A program made the position numbers and the translations under genes. DNA of 40,625 nucleotides from a virus, in the UHGV virus genome UHGV-1366629. One strand, written 5' to 3'. Position 1 is the stretch's first letter. The number at the start of each line of letters is the position of its first letter. This document shows positions 1 to 8,884 of this stretch, one piece after another. The notes under the pieces were generated by a model. That model had not been told where the DNA came from and searched no databases. It saw only the letters and a program-made list of their open reading frames with translations.

Positions 1-842
1 GTAGCTGGGTAGAACTCTTTCCAGTAAGTGGTAGGGTTCATTAAAATCATGATTTCAGTTGGGTTAATTTTACGCTCAACTACGATAGAGTTAGCTGTAT
101 CCACTGTAACCTTAGCTAATTTAGCCATCAATTCACCCAATGACTTAGGTGATAAGTCAGCAATTTCAGTTAATTCGATTTCTTGTTGTTCTCCAGCTGA
201 AGCATTAACTAATGAACGGCGCATACCGATTGGCATTTCTTTACCAGTACCATCTACAATAGCTTCCTCTAATGCAATAGCGATAGCTTCAGTTAAAACG
301 GTTACAACATAGTTAATTAACCATTCTGGAGTATTTAAGTCAATAAACGCTTTACATACTGGAATATATGCACTTAATTTCAATTGACCGATTGACATTT
401 TTCGGAAACCTTTGTCAGCTAATTCTTTAACTTCAGCACATAACGCACCCCAGAAAGCAGTGTTAACACCAATTGAATAAATAAACTCAGTTGTTAAACC
501 ACCATTGATAACGTCAACTGCTTTAATAAGGTCATGGTCTTTAACTAAGTTTTCCATAACACGGTTGATAGTTGTAGCTGGAACTGTAGCGGCCGCATTT
601 TTACCGAAGTCATTTTGATTTTCAATTAATTCTAAAGCGAATTTTTTTTCTTCAGAGGCTAATTGTACTCCACCTAAAGCAACGTTTACAATTTCATCAT
701 TTTTAACTGTTTGTGCTTTAGCTAAAACTTGGTCTTGAATAGATAAAGCGAAAGCCTCCATACCAGCTTGAATATCTGCCTCAGTGGCCTCTTTATTTAA
801 TAAAACATCTTGTAAGGCTTGTTTACCCTCTAATTTGCCCAT
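1..842 (-). CDS. major capsid protein (HK97 fold), N-terminal 281 codons; ORF runs off window start and continues in frame at 40625..40352
   Basis: ATG at comp(840..842) preceded by AGGAG RBS; translation MGKLEGKQALQDVL...TYWKEFYPA stays open to position 1; lies after protease, portal and terminase in the canonical order. Confidence 0.8.
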   Translation of the reverse strand, partial: MGKLEGKQALQDVLLNKEATEADIQAGMEAFALSIQDQVLAKAQTVKNDEIVNVALGGVQLASEEKKFALELIENQNDFGKNAAATVPATTINRVMENLVKDHDLIKAVDVINGGLTTEFIYSIGVNTAFWGALCAEVKELADKGFRKMSIGQLKLSAYIPVCKAFIDLNTPEWLINYVVTVLTEAIAIALEEAIVDGTGKEMPIGMRRSLVNASAGEQQEIELTEIADLSPKSLGELMAKLAKVTVDTANSIVVERKINPTEIMILMNPTTYWKEFYPA

Positions 843-895
843 ATTTTAAAACTCCTTTATAATTTTATTTGCGTTTCTTTAACGCTTATGATATT

Positions 896-906
896 ATTAT
901 AGCATA
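896..906 (-). promoter_or_regulatory. extended -10 promoter element TATGCTATAAT (minus strand) upstream of capsid gene
   Basis: rc of attatagcata; same TGnTATAAT family as other late-strand sites; no clear -35. Confidence 0.4.
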
Positions 907-931
907 CCCAAAGGGTAAAAAGCAAATTCGC

Positions 932-1600
932 TTAATACCCTTTGAAAATGTTTGCTAACATGTTAATACGAGTGTTGTTCTCAGCGGCAATTTGTGTTGA
1001 TTCCTCAGCCACTTGTTCAACTGATTTTTTAGGCTCGTCAGTTGGTTCTTTTTGTTCGTCAGGTTCGTCCTCTTTGTCAGGAACGTCCGCTACAATCTCA
1101 TCAATAAGACCATACTCTAACGCTTGCTTAGCACTAATCAATTTATCAGCCTCTAATAATTCAATAAGTTCCTCTTCAGTACCTTTGAATTTTTTAAGGT
1201 ATAAATCGATAATAGTTTGGTCAATAGTCTTTAACTCAGCGGCTTGTTTTTCTAAGTCCTCACTATGACCATATGCCATAGTTGCCGACTTATGAAATAG
1301 AAACATGCTCGTTTCTTGAGCTTTGACTGTATCCATTGCAAACAATGGGAGGGTTGCGGCACTTGCGCAAATACCCTGAACGAGAGCCGTTTTTTGCCCT
1401 TTATGTTCTTTTAATAGACCAAGCATAGCCATACCCTCAAAAACGTCCCCACCTTTTGAATTGATGTGAAGTTCAATATCGTCATTTTCATGCCCCTCAA
1501 GATTAGCTTTCATTCCATTATAGGTTGCGCTTAGAATTTCGTCAGTCCAAAATTCCATAATTTGACCGACATAACCAGTTAAATAAATAATATGTGCCAT
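932..1600 (-). CDS. prohead protease, ClpP/S14 family, with acidic C-terminal tail (possible scaffold function)
   Basis: ClpP-like core (GQIMEF...INSKGGDVFEGMAMLGLL...GICASAATL) between portal and capsid; ATGA start/stop overlap with portal. Confidence 0.85.
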   Translation of the reverse strand: MAHIIYLTGYVGQIMEFWTDEILSATYNGMKANLEGHENDDIELHINSKGGDVFEGMAMLGLLKEHKGQKTALVQGICASAATLPLFAMDTVKAQETSMFLFHKSATMAYGHSEDLEKQAAELKTIDQTIIDLYLKKFKGTEEELIELLEADKLISAKQALEYGLIDEIVADVPDKEDEPDEQKEPTDEPKKSVEQVAEESTQIAAENNTRINMLANIFKGY

Positions 1601-2826
1601 TAGTCATTATCTCCTTTATCATTAGTTTGTGGTGTTGGTTCAGTTGCTGGCGGTAAATGTGTTGTTAGTCCAGCGTTAAAATCATCAATCTTGGCATAGT
1701 TCTTAGTGATAACACGAATATCACCAATGTCGCTAGGTAATGGTGGTAATTGCAAGTATTCCGTAACGATGTCGTTTAGTGATAAAGCACCAGTTGGGAA
1801 TACTGAGGCGATAAATGTACCTAATGTTTGCATATTTGCCAATCTTACTTTAGAAAGGTCAGCCTCAATTTTAGACCCTTTTTGATATTGCAACGGTAAA
1901 TAATTATAAGTGTTTAACCCCTCTTTGAAAAGGTTAACCAACGGATATACAATATTTAACAAATAATTTTCAATAATTTTATCTGTCACCGTTGCATTAG
2001 TCATACCTGTTAAAATCATTTGAACTGGAATATGATAGGTTTGTGCCACAACTGCGAAAATATCATTAATCAAGTCCCTACTATCTTTAGCGCTTTCTAT
2101 TTGTTTATCACTCATGTCAGTAACTTCCCAATTGTTACCTTTAGCATATACGCTGGCTGTAGTGTTAGCTCCCGCAAACTCAGAAAGTTGTTTAGTGAAT
2201 AATTCGTTCATTTGTTTCTGGGTATCGGTTGTTTGAGCGTTGAACATGTTACTAGACAAGATAAAGCGCCGTGTTTTATTCGATTGATATGAACTAGTAG
2301 CGGACTTAACAAGTTGTTCATAGTCGTTTAAATAGCCATTCATGAAGCGGCGAATATTGTCCTTATTATACTCAATATGGATAACTTCGCTAGTTGTATA
2401 AATAGTTTCGTCAACTGCCTCAACACCCGCATAGGTAATGTTAGTAAAATATCGCAATGAGCGGGACTTAGTTACTACGTCAAAACTCTCGGCAATATAC
2501 AAATTACCGGTATCCGTATCGGGAACAATTAAGCACTCACCATCGTAAAACATTCGTTTAACATAGTGTTTAAAAAATTCACTACTGGTTTCTAATTCAT
2601 TAGTGCTAACATTAAGGGTATACGCTAGTTTTCCGTTTTTTAGTTCAGTGTTTTTAAACTCTTTCCAGTTTACACTAGCTACAGTATTACCCACTAGGTC
2701 GGTGGCGATTTCCAATGCTAACTTACGATACGAAAGACTTTGCTCAAGTTCGTAGCACATCATTTCTAAATCGCTTCGGCTAGTGGTTACTTTTGATTGA
2801 CCCCTAATAATATCTAAAATGCCCAT
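1600..2826 (-). CDS. portal protein (HK97-family portal)
   Basis: 408 aa ORF directly downstream of large terminase; size and position typical of portal. Confidence 0.8.
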   Translation of the reverse strand: MGILDIIRGQSKVTTSRSDLEMMCYELEQSLSYRKLALEIATDLVGNTVASVNWKEFKNTELKNGKLAYTLNVSTNELETSSEFFKHYVKRMFYDGECLIVPDTDTGNLYIAESFDVVTKSRSLRYFTNITYAGVEAVDETIYTTSEVIHIEYNKDNIRRFMNGYLNDYEQLVKSATSSYQSNKTRRFILSSNMFNAQTTDTQKQMNELFTKQLSEFAGANTTASVYAKGNNWEVTDMSDKQIESAKDSRDLINDIFAVVAQTYHIPVQMILTGMTNATVTDKIIENYLLNIVYPLVNLFKEGLNTYNYLPLQYQKGSKIEADLSKVRLANMQTLGTFIASVFPTGALSLNDIVTEYLQLPPLPSDIGDIRVITKNYAKIDDFNAGLTTHLPPATEPTPQTNDKGDND

Positions 2827-2850
2827 AGGTGCAAAACCTCCTTTGTTTCA

Positions 2851-2900
2851 ATTATACCACAATAAGCATATAAAAAACAAGTGAGCTAATAAAAGCCCAC
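2851..2900 (-). terminator. imperfect hairpin plus T6 (minus strand) after terL, followed by extended -10 TGTGGTATAAT upstream of portal
   Basis: minus strand reads caggtgggc-ttttatta-gctcacttg TTTTTT atatgcttaTTGTGGTATAATtg...aaggagg ATG(portal). Confidence 0.45.
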
Positions 2901-2903
2901 CTG

Positions 2904-4643
2904 TTACATTGTTATACCTGTGAAGTCATTTGTTAGCTGACTATCTTGAGTTTCTACCGTACCAATCAAATAAGCTAGGAAACTTGAGAACGGGTCTGTT
3001 TTACGCCGGATAGGTTCAATCTTGTTATAACGAACCCCACGAGGTAAAATCTCTTTGAATACGTTACCACATGCCCACCTGAATAAAACTGAATTACCTA
3101 CGAATAGCTCGCCTTGTGAAAACATTCTGTCTACCATCGGGCTGACCATCGTTTCATATTTCATATTCGTAGGGTTTCGGTGAACAATATACCCTGAGTC
3201 CTCTAAAGCTTTACCTAAGACTGCTGACTTGTATTGGTCAATGTATACCTCGTTTAGTACCCAACCTTGCTCACGCATTGAATTAAACCAATTTACTACG
3301 TATTGCTCGCTGATAATCTTGTTAGGTACAACGGTCAACTCACCAATTACCTCCGCCTCTTGTAATAACTGTTCATTGATTACACCTAGATGTCGCTGTT
3401 CGTGTGTTATAAATGAATGTTGTAATGTATAAAATTCATTGTTAAAACGACCAACTATACCAACCGTTGTCAAGTCTTTACTTGTTGAAAAGTCAACTGT
3501 CCCACTTACTAACACCATACCTAATTGGTCACGATAATAGAAAATGTCACGCTTAGCCGTGTTTCTAATTTCCTCATTTGAGGCCACTTTAAAGCGGGTA
3601 TCCTCTTTCACGTAATTAAGTCGTTTTAAATGGAACTCGATGTTTAGTTCTGGGTTTACATCAATTTCCGCGACTTCCTCACGGTAGGTTTGCATTAAGT
3701 TGGGGTTATACAAAATAGTTGGGTTCGCTTTTTGCCAACCTATCTCAGTTCTATTTTCTTCCTCGCTATCTACGTGGTGCATAAATGGAAATAGTCGGCT
3801 ATGTCTTGGGTCATTAGTTGGGAAATGAACACCCCGCTCTTGAGATAGAACAGCATTACATTTCTCTTTGTAGTCATCTAATACTTTACCTCTAACATAT
3901 CCATCGGTTGAAGTGATAAATAATCTCTTGTCGGGTATCTTACCTAAACTAGACCGCATAACTTGTAAGCTAGCATAGTCGCCAATTGCGTGAATTTCAT
4001 CAAGATAAGCCGCCCCTAAACGTTGACCGTCCATTGTGTTACCGTTAGATGAAAGATACCTAAAGTCTGAATTGGTGCTACCACTTTTCATTTCTTGAAG
4101 TGTTCTAGTTGGAAACGCTTTCAATAATTTAGGGTTAGATTCAATTACTTCTTTAATATCCATGTAAGAAGTTTTGGCTTGTCGTTCTGAAGCGCTTGAA
4201 ATGGCAATGTTATACTTTCTAATGCCGTTTACCTTAGTCAATAGAGCAAAGATAACCCAACTCATAAAATAGTTCTTACCCGAACCACGTGCCATATAAA
4301 GCATATACTCATTAAATACTAACGTATCATCAGACTTAAACCTTAACCCAAAGATAACGGGCAATAGAAATTTTTCCCAAGGATATAAGTCATGAGGAAA
4401 GTATTTTTTCGGGGTATTATACGCATTCTCAGAGGCCGTTACATCTAAGTAAATATCTAAATGAAACACTACCTCGAATAGATAAACAAATAATAACTCA
4501 ATACTTTTTGAAACGTGTTGTTTACCTGAGTCTATTTCTTGTTTATATTCCTGAAACATGTGAAAGTTACTTATATCCTCAAAAGTGTCTATACATGTGT
4601 GGCTTTTTGGTAGCCAAGGAATATGATGTTCAAATTTACTCAT
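2904..4643 (-). CDS. terL: terminase large subunit
   Basis: 579 aa; Walker A-like YMARGSGKNYF; follows small terminase and HNH; typical size. Confidence 0.9.
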   Translation of the reverse strand: MSKFEHHIPWLPKSHTCIDTFEDISNFHMFQEYKQEIDSGKQHVSKSIELLFVYLFEVVFHLDIYLDVTASENAYNTPKKYFPHDLYPWEKFLLPVIFGLRFKSDDTLVFNEYMLYMARGSGKNYFMSWVIFALLTKVNGIRKYNIAISSASERQAKTSYMDIKEVIESNPKLLKAFPTRTLQEMKSGSTNSDFRYLSSNGNTMDGQRLGAAYLDEIHAIGDYASLQVMRSSLGKIPDKRLFITSTDGYVRGKVLDDYKEKCNAVLSQERGVHFPTNDPRHSRLFPFMHHVDSEEENRTEIGWQKANPTILYNPNLMQTYREEVAEIDVNPELNIEFHLKRLNYVKEDTRFKVASNEEIRNTAKRDIFYYRDQLGMVLVSGTVDFSTSKDLTTVGIVGRFNNEFYTLQHSFITHEQRHLGVINEQLLQEAEVIGELTVVPNKIISEQYVVNWFNSMREQGWVLNEVYIDQYKSAVLGKALEDSGYIVHRNPTNMKYETMVSPMVDRMFSQGELFVGNSVLFRWACGNVFKEILPRGVRYNKIEPIRRKTDPFSSFLAYLIGTVETQDSQLTNDFTGITM

Positions 4644-4957
4644 TTCACCATTGGAATATAGGTTTCAGCGATGTATAACACCGTTTCTACCTTTTCTGGT
4701 GATAAATTGAGGATATTTTGTAAATCTTGGTCAAAATTACCAGTTTTTAGAGCATTTTTTACTTGTTCTAAACTCATTTTAGCGCAACGATTGCCCCCTA
4801 CTGCTGTCCGTATATTAACGTATCTTGTATATACATCTTGCAATAAACTATTTCTTGTCATTTTGTGGGCGCTCTCGTCCTCTAATAAATGGCGAACTCT
4901 ATACTCAGTATTGTTAAGTGTCATTACTTCAGGTAGTTTAAATGTCATCGTCATCAC
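4640..4957 (-). CDS. hypothetical protein between terS and terL (true start probably internal, ~4950 or ~4918)
   Basis: 105 aa ORF, ATGA overlap with terL start; no recognisable motif. Confidence 0.4.
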   Translation of the reverse strand: MMTMTFKLPEVMTLNNTEYRVRHLLEDESAHKMTRNSLLQDVYTRYVNIRTAVGGNRCAKMSLEQVKNALKTGNFDQDLQNILNLSPEKVETVLYIAETYIPMVK

Positions 4958-5285
4958 CGTCCATAGCTTGTAATGTGTCTAATTCAATCTGAGCGATTAA
5001 TTTACTCATTCCTGAGATAGCTTGGCTTTGAATTTGAACAGCGGGGTTAGGAACTAACTTACTCAGTCCATTTGCTAGAGGTTGGTCTAGTAAAACACCA
5101 AGGGCGTTAACTTCAGCCTTAGCCGCTTTGGCCGTTTCATATAAGTCAATAATTTTATATACAATAGTTTGAGTGACGGGGTTTAGTTTGTCATTGCTTT
5201 CAAGAATGTTTTCCATTTCTCGTTGAAACTCTTCTTTACTTACTTCAATATCCCCATTAAGAATTTTTAGAGTTGGTGTACTCAT
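4938..5285 (-). CDS. terS: terminase small subunit, P27-like family
   Basis: 115 aa; C-terminal block GVLLDQPLANGLSKLVPNPAVQIQSQAISGMSKLIAQIEL resembles the P27-family terS core (NPAV motif); acidic tail; adjacent to HNH and terL. Confidence 0.65.
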   Translation of the reverse strand: MSTPTLKILNGDIEVSKEEFQREMENILESNDKLNPVTQTIVYKIIDLYETAKAAKAEVNALGVLLDQPLANGLSKLVPNPAVQIQSQAISGMSKLIAQIELDTLQAMDGDDDDI

Positions 5286-5316
5286 ACTGTGACCTCCTTA
5301 TAATTTCGCTATCTCC

Positions 5317-5327
5317 ATTATATCACA
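5317..5327 (-). promoter_or_regulatory. extended -10 TGTGATATAAT (minus strand) upstream of terS
   Basis: rc of attatatcaca; followed by ...aaggagg...ATG of terS. Confidence 0.4.
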
Positions 5328-5347
5328 TATAAGCAACCTTATTCAAC

Positions 5348-5797
5348 TTACCATGTTTCAGTACTGTCAAAATTCTCAAAGTCATCAATTGTCTGAATAT
5401 TGTTAATATTGAAAACTCGATCATGAGTTAGTTCATGGCAGTGATAACATAGGGTAACTAAGTTATTATAGTTCAAGGCCAACAATGGGAAATGTTTCAA
5501 TTCAGCGATATGGTGAACATAACCCCTTTTTTGAACAACGGTTAATGTTCCGTAGTATTTACATAATTGGCATTCGTGCTTATCTCGTTCTAATATCTCA
5601 GGTCTAACTTTCTTATACCATATGGGTAACTTATAAAAGTAGTCGGCTTGGTCGTTTGCTAATAACCAAGTTAGATACTCAAGACCTAGTTCGTCCAATC
5701 GGTCAGGACAACCCGTTGTAATTAGTTTGTCTGGTGTGGTTAGCAACTTCTTTTCTGATTCCATTACTAACGGCACGTTTTTATTTTTAAATTGCAT
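5348..5797 (-). CDS. HNH endonuclease (packaging-associated, typical of cos phages)
   Basis: CQLCKYYG...HHIAELK...NLVTLCYHCHELTHD HNH/zinc-finger motif; immediately upstream of terS. Confidence 0.85.
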   Translation of the reverse strand: MQFKNKNVPLVMESEKKLLTTPDKLITTGCPDRLDELGLEYLTWLLANDQADYFYKLPIWYKKVRPEILERDKHECQLCKYYGTLTVVQKRGYVHHIAELKHFPLLALNYNNLVTLCYHCHELTHDRVFNINNIQTIDDFENFDSTETW

Positions 5798-5940
5798 GGT
5801 AAACCTCCTTTGATTTTAATTAACGTGTAACTATTACTGTATGTTGTGTTTTGCGTGGTCTGGTATTCTATATGTTGTGGTCGCATTTTTTAATTTACGA
5901 AAGTTTTTTAGTTTTAGCTCAAAATCGTTCGTAATTCTGT

Positions 5941-6015
5941 GAAGAAAGCTTGGGGGGCGGTTCATTTGGCTTGGCGGGTGGTCGAAATTTTTGATAGGCG
6001 GGGGGAGTCGGGGCT
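5941..6015. other. GC-rich island (G-runs on plus strand) in an otherwise AT-rich 830-bp non-coding region; candidate cos / packaging initiation site
   Basis: aagcttGGGGGGCGGttcatttggcttGGCGGGTGGtcgaaatttttgataGGCGGGGGGagtCGGGGctg; sits between helicase and HNH-terS-terL, the usual cos position. Confidence 0.3.
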
Positions 6016-6170
6016 GAAATAAAATTTTACTTTTTGAAAATAATTTTTTTAAATTTTGAAATAAAAGTTTGCTACTTTTTTTATTTTTTATTTTATATAA
6101 ATTTTTATATATTGGAAATTTTTTATAAATATTTTTATTTTAATTTTTTATTTTAATATAACAATGAAGT
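6016..6170. repeat. AT-rich tract with phased T/A runs (intrinsically bent DNA candidate)
   Basis: repeated tttttatttt / aattttt motifs at roughly 10-11 bp phasing. Confidence 0.4.
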
Positions 6171-6228
6171 TACCTACCACCATACCCACCTACCCCTACC
6201 CTACCCCCTACCTATAGTACCCCACCTC
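6171..6228. repeat. C-rich (plus) / G-rich (minus) tract 1: GGGTA-type repeats with a canonical G-quadruplex motif on the minus strand
   Basis: plus cccacctacccctaccctaccccctacc; minus GGGGGTAGGGTAGGGGTAGGTGGG has four G3+ tracts with loops of 5 nt or less. Confidence 0.6.
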
Positions 6229-6476
6229 TTTAGTAGAGTAAGTTAGATACAATATGTTGTGTTTTATTCAGATAAGTTTACCAATAATTATTTAATGTTA
6301 TTTCTAATAAAATAACTGAGTGAATTAATATATAAAAGTTTATATAAATAAGTGGCTACCTATTGTCTAATATATTGTAGCTCATTCATATGTTAATTGT
6401 TGGATATTATTTAACTATTTGTTTATATTTAAATTATAACATAGGTTAGTTGTTAATGCAAACACCAGTCGTATTG

Positions 6477-6632
6477 CCCCCTATCCTACCCCATGTATCC
6501 CCATTACTTACCCCACCTATTCCCCTAACATACCCCCTACAAAATAAGAGGCATACCCTAAAGGATACACCCCTATGTTTAGATACACCACCCCACTAGT
6601 AGTATACCCATTACTCTATGTTACATATCCCC
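6477..6632. repeat. C-rich (plus) / G-rich (minus) tract 2: nine C4+ runs, the first six phased at ~11 bp, ending at the helicase stop codon
   Basis: C4-5 runs at 6477, 6489, 6499, 6511, 6522, 6533, 6570, 6591, 6629; motif (A/T)CCCC(A/T). Confidence 0.6.
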
Positions 6633-7936
6633 TATAGTAAGGACTCTAGTATCTTGTCAGTTAACTCTTTACCTTGTTGAACATACTCATGAAATACTTT
6701 ATACTCAACTGACTTATCAGCGATTAAGTGATAGTAGATAGGTTTCTTTGTCTGGCCGTGCCGATTAAGGCGACCCTTAGCTTGAATGTATGTTGAACTG
6801 CTATCACATGTACTAAAGAATATACACACATGACTAATAACAAAGTCGTTAATACCCGTTGAGGCTGACTTATATTGGGCTAACACTACACCATTATCAT
6901 TGTTCTTAAACTCGTCAAGGTTATGAGATTCACCATTGTATAAAGACCAGTTGCGGCCTACGTCAGTTAGTAACTCTATTAACATATCTTTCTCAATATT
7001 GTAATTGTAAAAGATAACTACTCGTTGATTGTTATGTTCCTCTAATATTTGAGCTGTTCGTTCTAACTTATCTTTTCTCAATGCTTTATCTATGCCAGCT
7101 AATACCCCGCTACATAATTGTAATAGTGCATGTCGTAGCATTGGCAAATTATCATACTCAACTATCTCACCACTTGGCATTTCTAATACTCTATTTTTAA
7201 GTAGCTTATTATACATTGTTGGTTTTTTGGTGTAATAAAAAATGTCCTCAGGTAAAAGACTATCGTCAATATCTCGTGCCTTAAATACTGAATGTTCTTT
7301 TAATAATTCGAGTAATTCGTTCGTGTTTTTGTAACCTACAATCGTATTAAAGTATTTAGTCTGACCCCGAACTTTCATTTCTTGTAACTCTTCAATACAG
7401 TATCTTTCTTTGAATTGTTTGAATGTTCCATTATAGACCCCCGCAATGGATAACTGATTCCATAAGTCCTCAAATTTACCATTACTAAACATTGTAGCGC
7501 TCATTAAATAAACATATCCCGCTTTTTTAGCTAACTTATTAATAAACATACCTACTTTAGATGTGGTACTTTTAACCTTGTGTGACTCGTCAATAAGAAC
7601 CATGGTGTCGCTGTCAACCCACTTCATTAACTCAACTAGTCGCCAACTGCTCTCAAAACTAATCGAAACAGCTTTAGAGCCTTTTAATAGTTCTTTATTC
7701 TTAGTTGTACCTTTATTCAGTGGTGTGACCTCTAAACCTACTTTAGCACCGTCCTCTTGAAAGTCTGGTACTTTTGAAGCTAAGCACACAATTAATAGTT
7801 TATTGAACTTACTTTCTTTAAATAAGGTAAGCCCTACGAACGTTTTCCCAACACCTACCTCACTTTGATTAATGTTTTTACCTTTTTTGCCTTGTTCCAC
7901 TTGTTCAATTTGATGTGGAAATAATTTGATACTCAT
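6632..7936 (-). CDS. SF2 DNA helicase (DEAD/SNF2-like, phage VRR-NUC-associated type)
   Basis: Q-motif FPHQ, Walker A GVGKT, DExH as LIDESH, motif III MSAT, motif V TGIN, motif VI QAKGRLNRHGQ. Confidence 0.8.
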   Translation of the reverse strand: MSIKLFPHQIEQVEQGKKGKNINQSEVGVGKTFVGLTLFKESKFNKLLIVCLASKVPDFQEDGAKVGLEVTPLNKGTTKNKELLKGSKAVSISFESSWRLVELMKWVDSDTMVLIDESHKVKSTTSKVGMFINKLAKKAGYVYLMSATMFSNGKFEDLWNQLSIAGVYNGTFKQFKERYCIEELQEMKVRGQTKYFNTIVGYKNTNELLELLKEHSVFKARDIDDSLLPEDIFYYTKKPTMYNKLLKNRVLEMPSGEIVEYDNLPMLRHALLQLCSGVLAGIDKALRKDKLERTAQILEEHNNQRVVIFYNYNIEKDMLIELLTDVGRNWSLYNGESHNLDEFKNNDNGVVLAQYKSASTGINDFVISHVCIFFSTCDSSSTYIQAKGRLNRHGQTKKPIYYHLIADKSVEYKVFHEYVQQGKELTDKILESLL

Positions 7937-8056
7937 TAAACCCCTCCTGTTTTGCTTTCTAAGCTGTTTTAGTTGTTTCCCATATAAATAGACCTGAACA
8001 ACCTTAAAATGCCTTAGAATTGAAATTAGACCCCTTAGAATTGATTTTATGGCTAG

Positions 8057-8410
8057 TTAGTCAAAGATAATTCCGATGTCAGGACTCAAGTCAGGTAATT
8101 TAGGTTGTTTATAGTTTTTTAATTGGTCATTATCTATATAATACAACAAATTTTGCAATTCGTCAAGTGTATCTCTTAAAATAATACCGATACCACCATT
8201 ATCTCTAACTTTTTGTAAATATCTAATTTGTAAGTCAGTTGGTTGGTAGTTTCCTGTTTTTAATTCAAGGGCAATGAAAACCCCTTTATATAGTACTGTT
8301 AAATCAGAACGACCAACTCTAGCAAAAATACTAGCTGTGTTATTATCCACTAAAGCACCAACGCTTTTCAGATAATCGGTTACTTTTTGTGAATATTTAT
8401 TTTCTTTCAT
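8057..8410 (-). CDS. VRR-NUC domain nuclease (PD-(D/E)xK fold)
   Basis: GRSDLTVLYKGVFIALELK matches VRR-NUC D...ExK core; paired with SF2 helicase as commonly seen in phages. Confidence 0.7.
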   Translation of the reverse strand: MKENKYSQKVTDYLKSVGALVDNNTASIFARVGRSDLTVLYKGVFIALELKTGNYQPTDLQIRYLQKVRDNGGIGIILRDTLDELQNLLYYIDNDQLKNYKQPKLPDLSPDIGIIFD

Positions 8411-8424
8411 GTATTTACCCCCTT

Positions 8425-8438
8425 TACTCTATTATATC
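8425..8438 (-). promoter_or_regulatory. leftward promoter (extended -10 TGATATAAT) for VRR-NUC/helicase/late unit
   Basis: rc of ctctattatatcat = atgaTATAATagag, about 15 nt upstream of RBS aaggggg and ATG 8410. Confidence 0.45.
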
Positions 8439-8571
8439 ATATTTTTGAGTCAAATTACCAGTTTCCCAAAAAGTTGGGACAGCCTCAGCCTTAGAGCCAT
8501 AAGGGTTTTTAGCACTTGTTCTCAAAAAGACCAAGTTTTCTATAAAACTATTCTTTTTCTATATAAGATAG

Positions 8572-8588
8572 TGACACTGTACTTGCCA
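8572..8588 (+). promoter_or_regulatory. operator-like motif copy 1 TGACACTGTACTTGCCA
   Basis: shares consensus TGACAMNNNACTTGCCA with copies at 8766 and 8822. Confidence 0.4.
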
Positions 8589-8765
8589 GAGTAGGTAATA
8601 ATAATATTTATATATATATTATATAAAAATATTGGGAATTAGGGAATGTTGGTATTTTTCCTTTAGTATCAAGGTTTTGACTATCCCCAAAAACTGAAAA
8701 AAAGTTGAGCGAAACCCAAAAATTTTTGAGAAAACGAGTAAAAACAACGATTTTAGCGATAATTG

Positions 8766-8782
8766 TGACAAAAAACTTGCCA
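8766..8782 (+). promoter_or_regulatory. operator-like motif copy 2 TGACAAAAAACTTGCCA, flanked by additional TGACAAA half-sites at 8791 and 8803
   Basis: direct repeats seen in sequence. Confidence 0.4.
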
Positions 8783-8820
8783 TTAAAACATGACAAATAA
8801 ACTGACAAAAAATTAAAAAC

Positions 8821-8850
8821 TTGACACACGACTTGCCACTATGTTATAGT
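8821..8850 (+). promoter_or_regulatory. early rightward promoter TTGACA-18-TATAGT overlapping operator-like motif copy 3 (8822-8838)
   Basis: ttgacacacgacttgccactatgttatagt, 35 nt upstream of ATG 8885. Confidence 0.6.
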
Positions 8851-8884
8851 TAACTCATACCAAAAAAGAAAGGAAGTTTTACGA

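Noticed and set aside
28-1268. Plus-strand ORFs 28-312 and 942-1268 (also 2020-2202, 3229-3432, 4671-4973)
   Set aside because: Antisense to capsid, protease, portal and terminase genes; no start context.
5800-6640. CRISPR array or tandem satellite in the C-rich repeats
   Set aside because: Repeat units are short (5-7 nt) and degenerate, with no unique spacers; no cas genes.
8409-8829. ORFs 8409-8594 (+) and 8608-8829 (-) in the divergent control region
   Set aside because: They overlap the promoters and operator-like repeats, lack RBSs and have low-complexity translations; the region is better explained as regulatory DNA.
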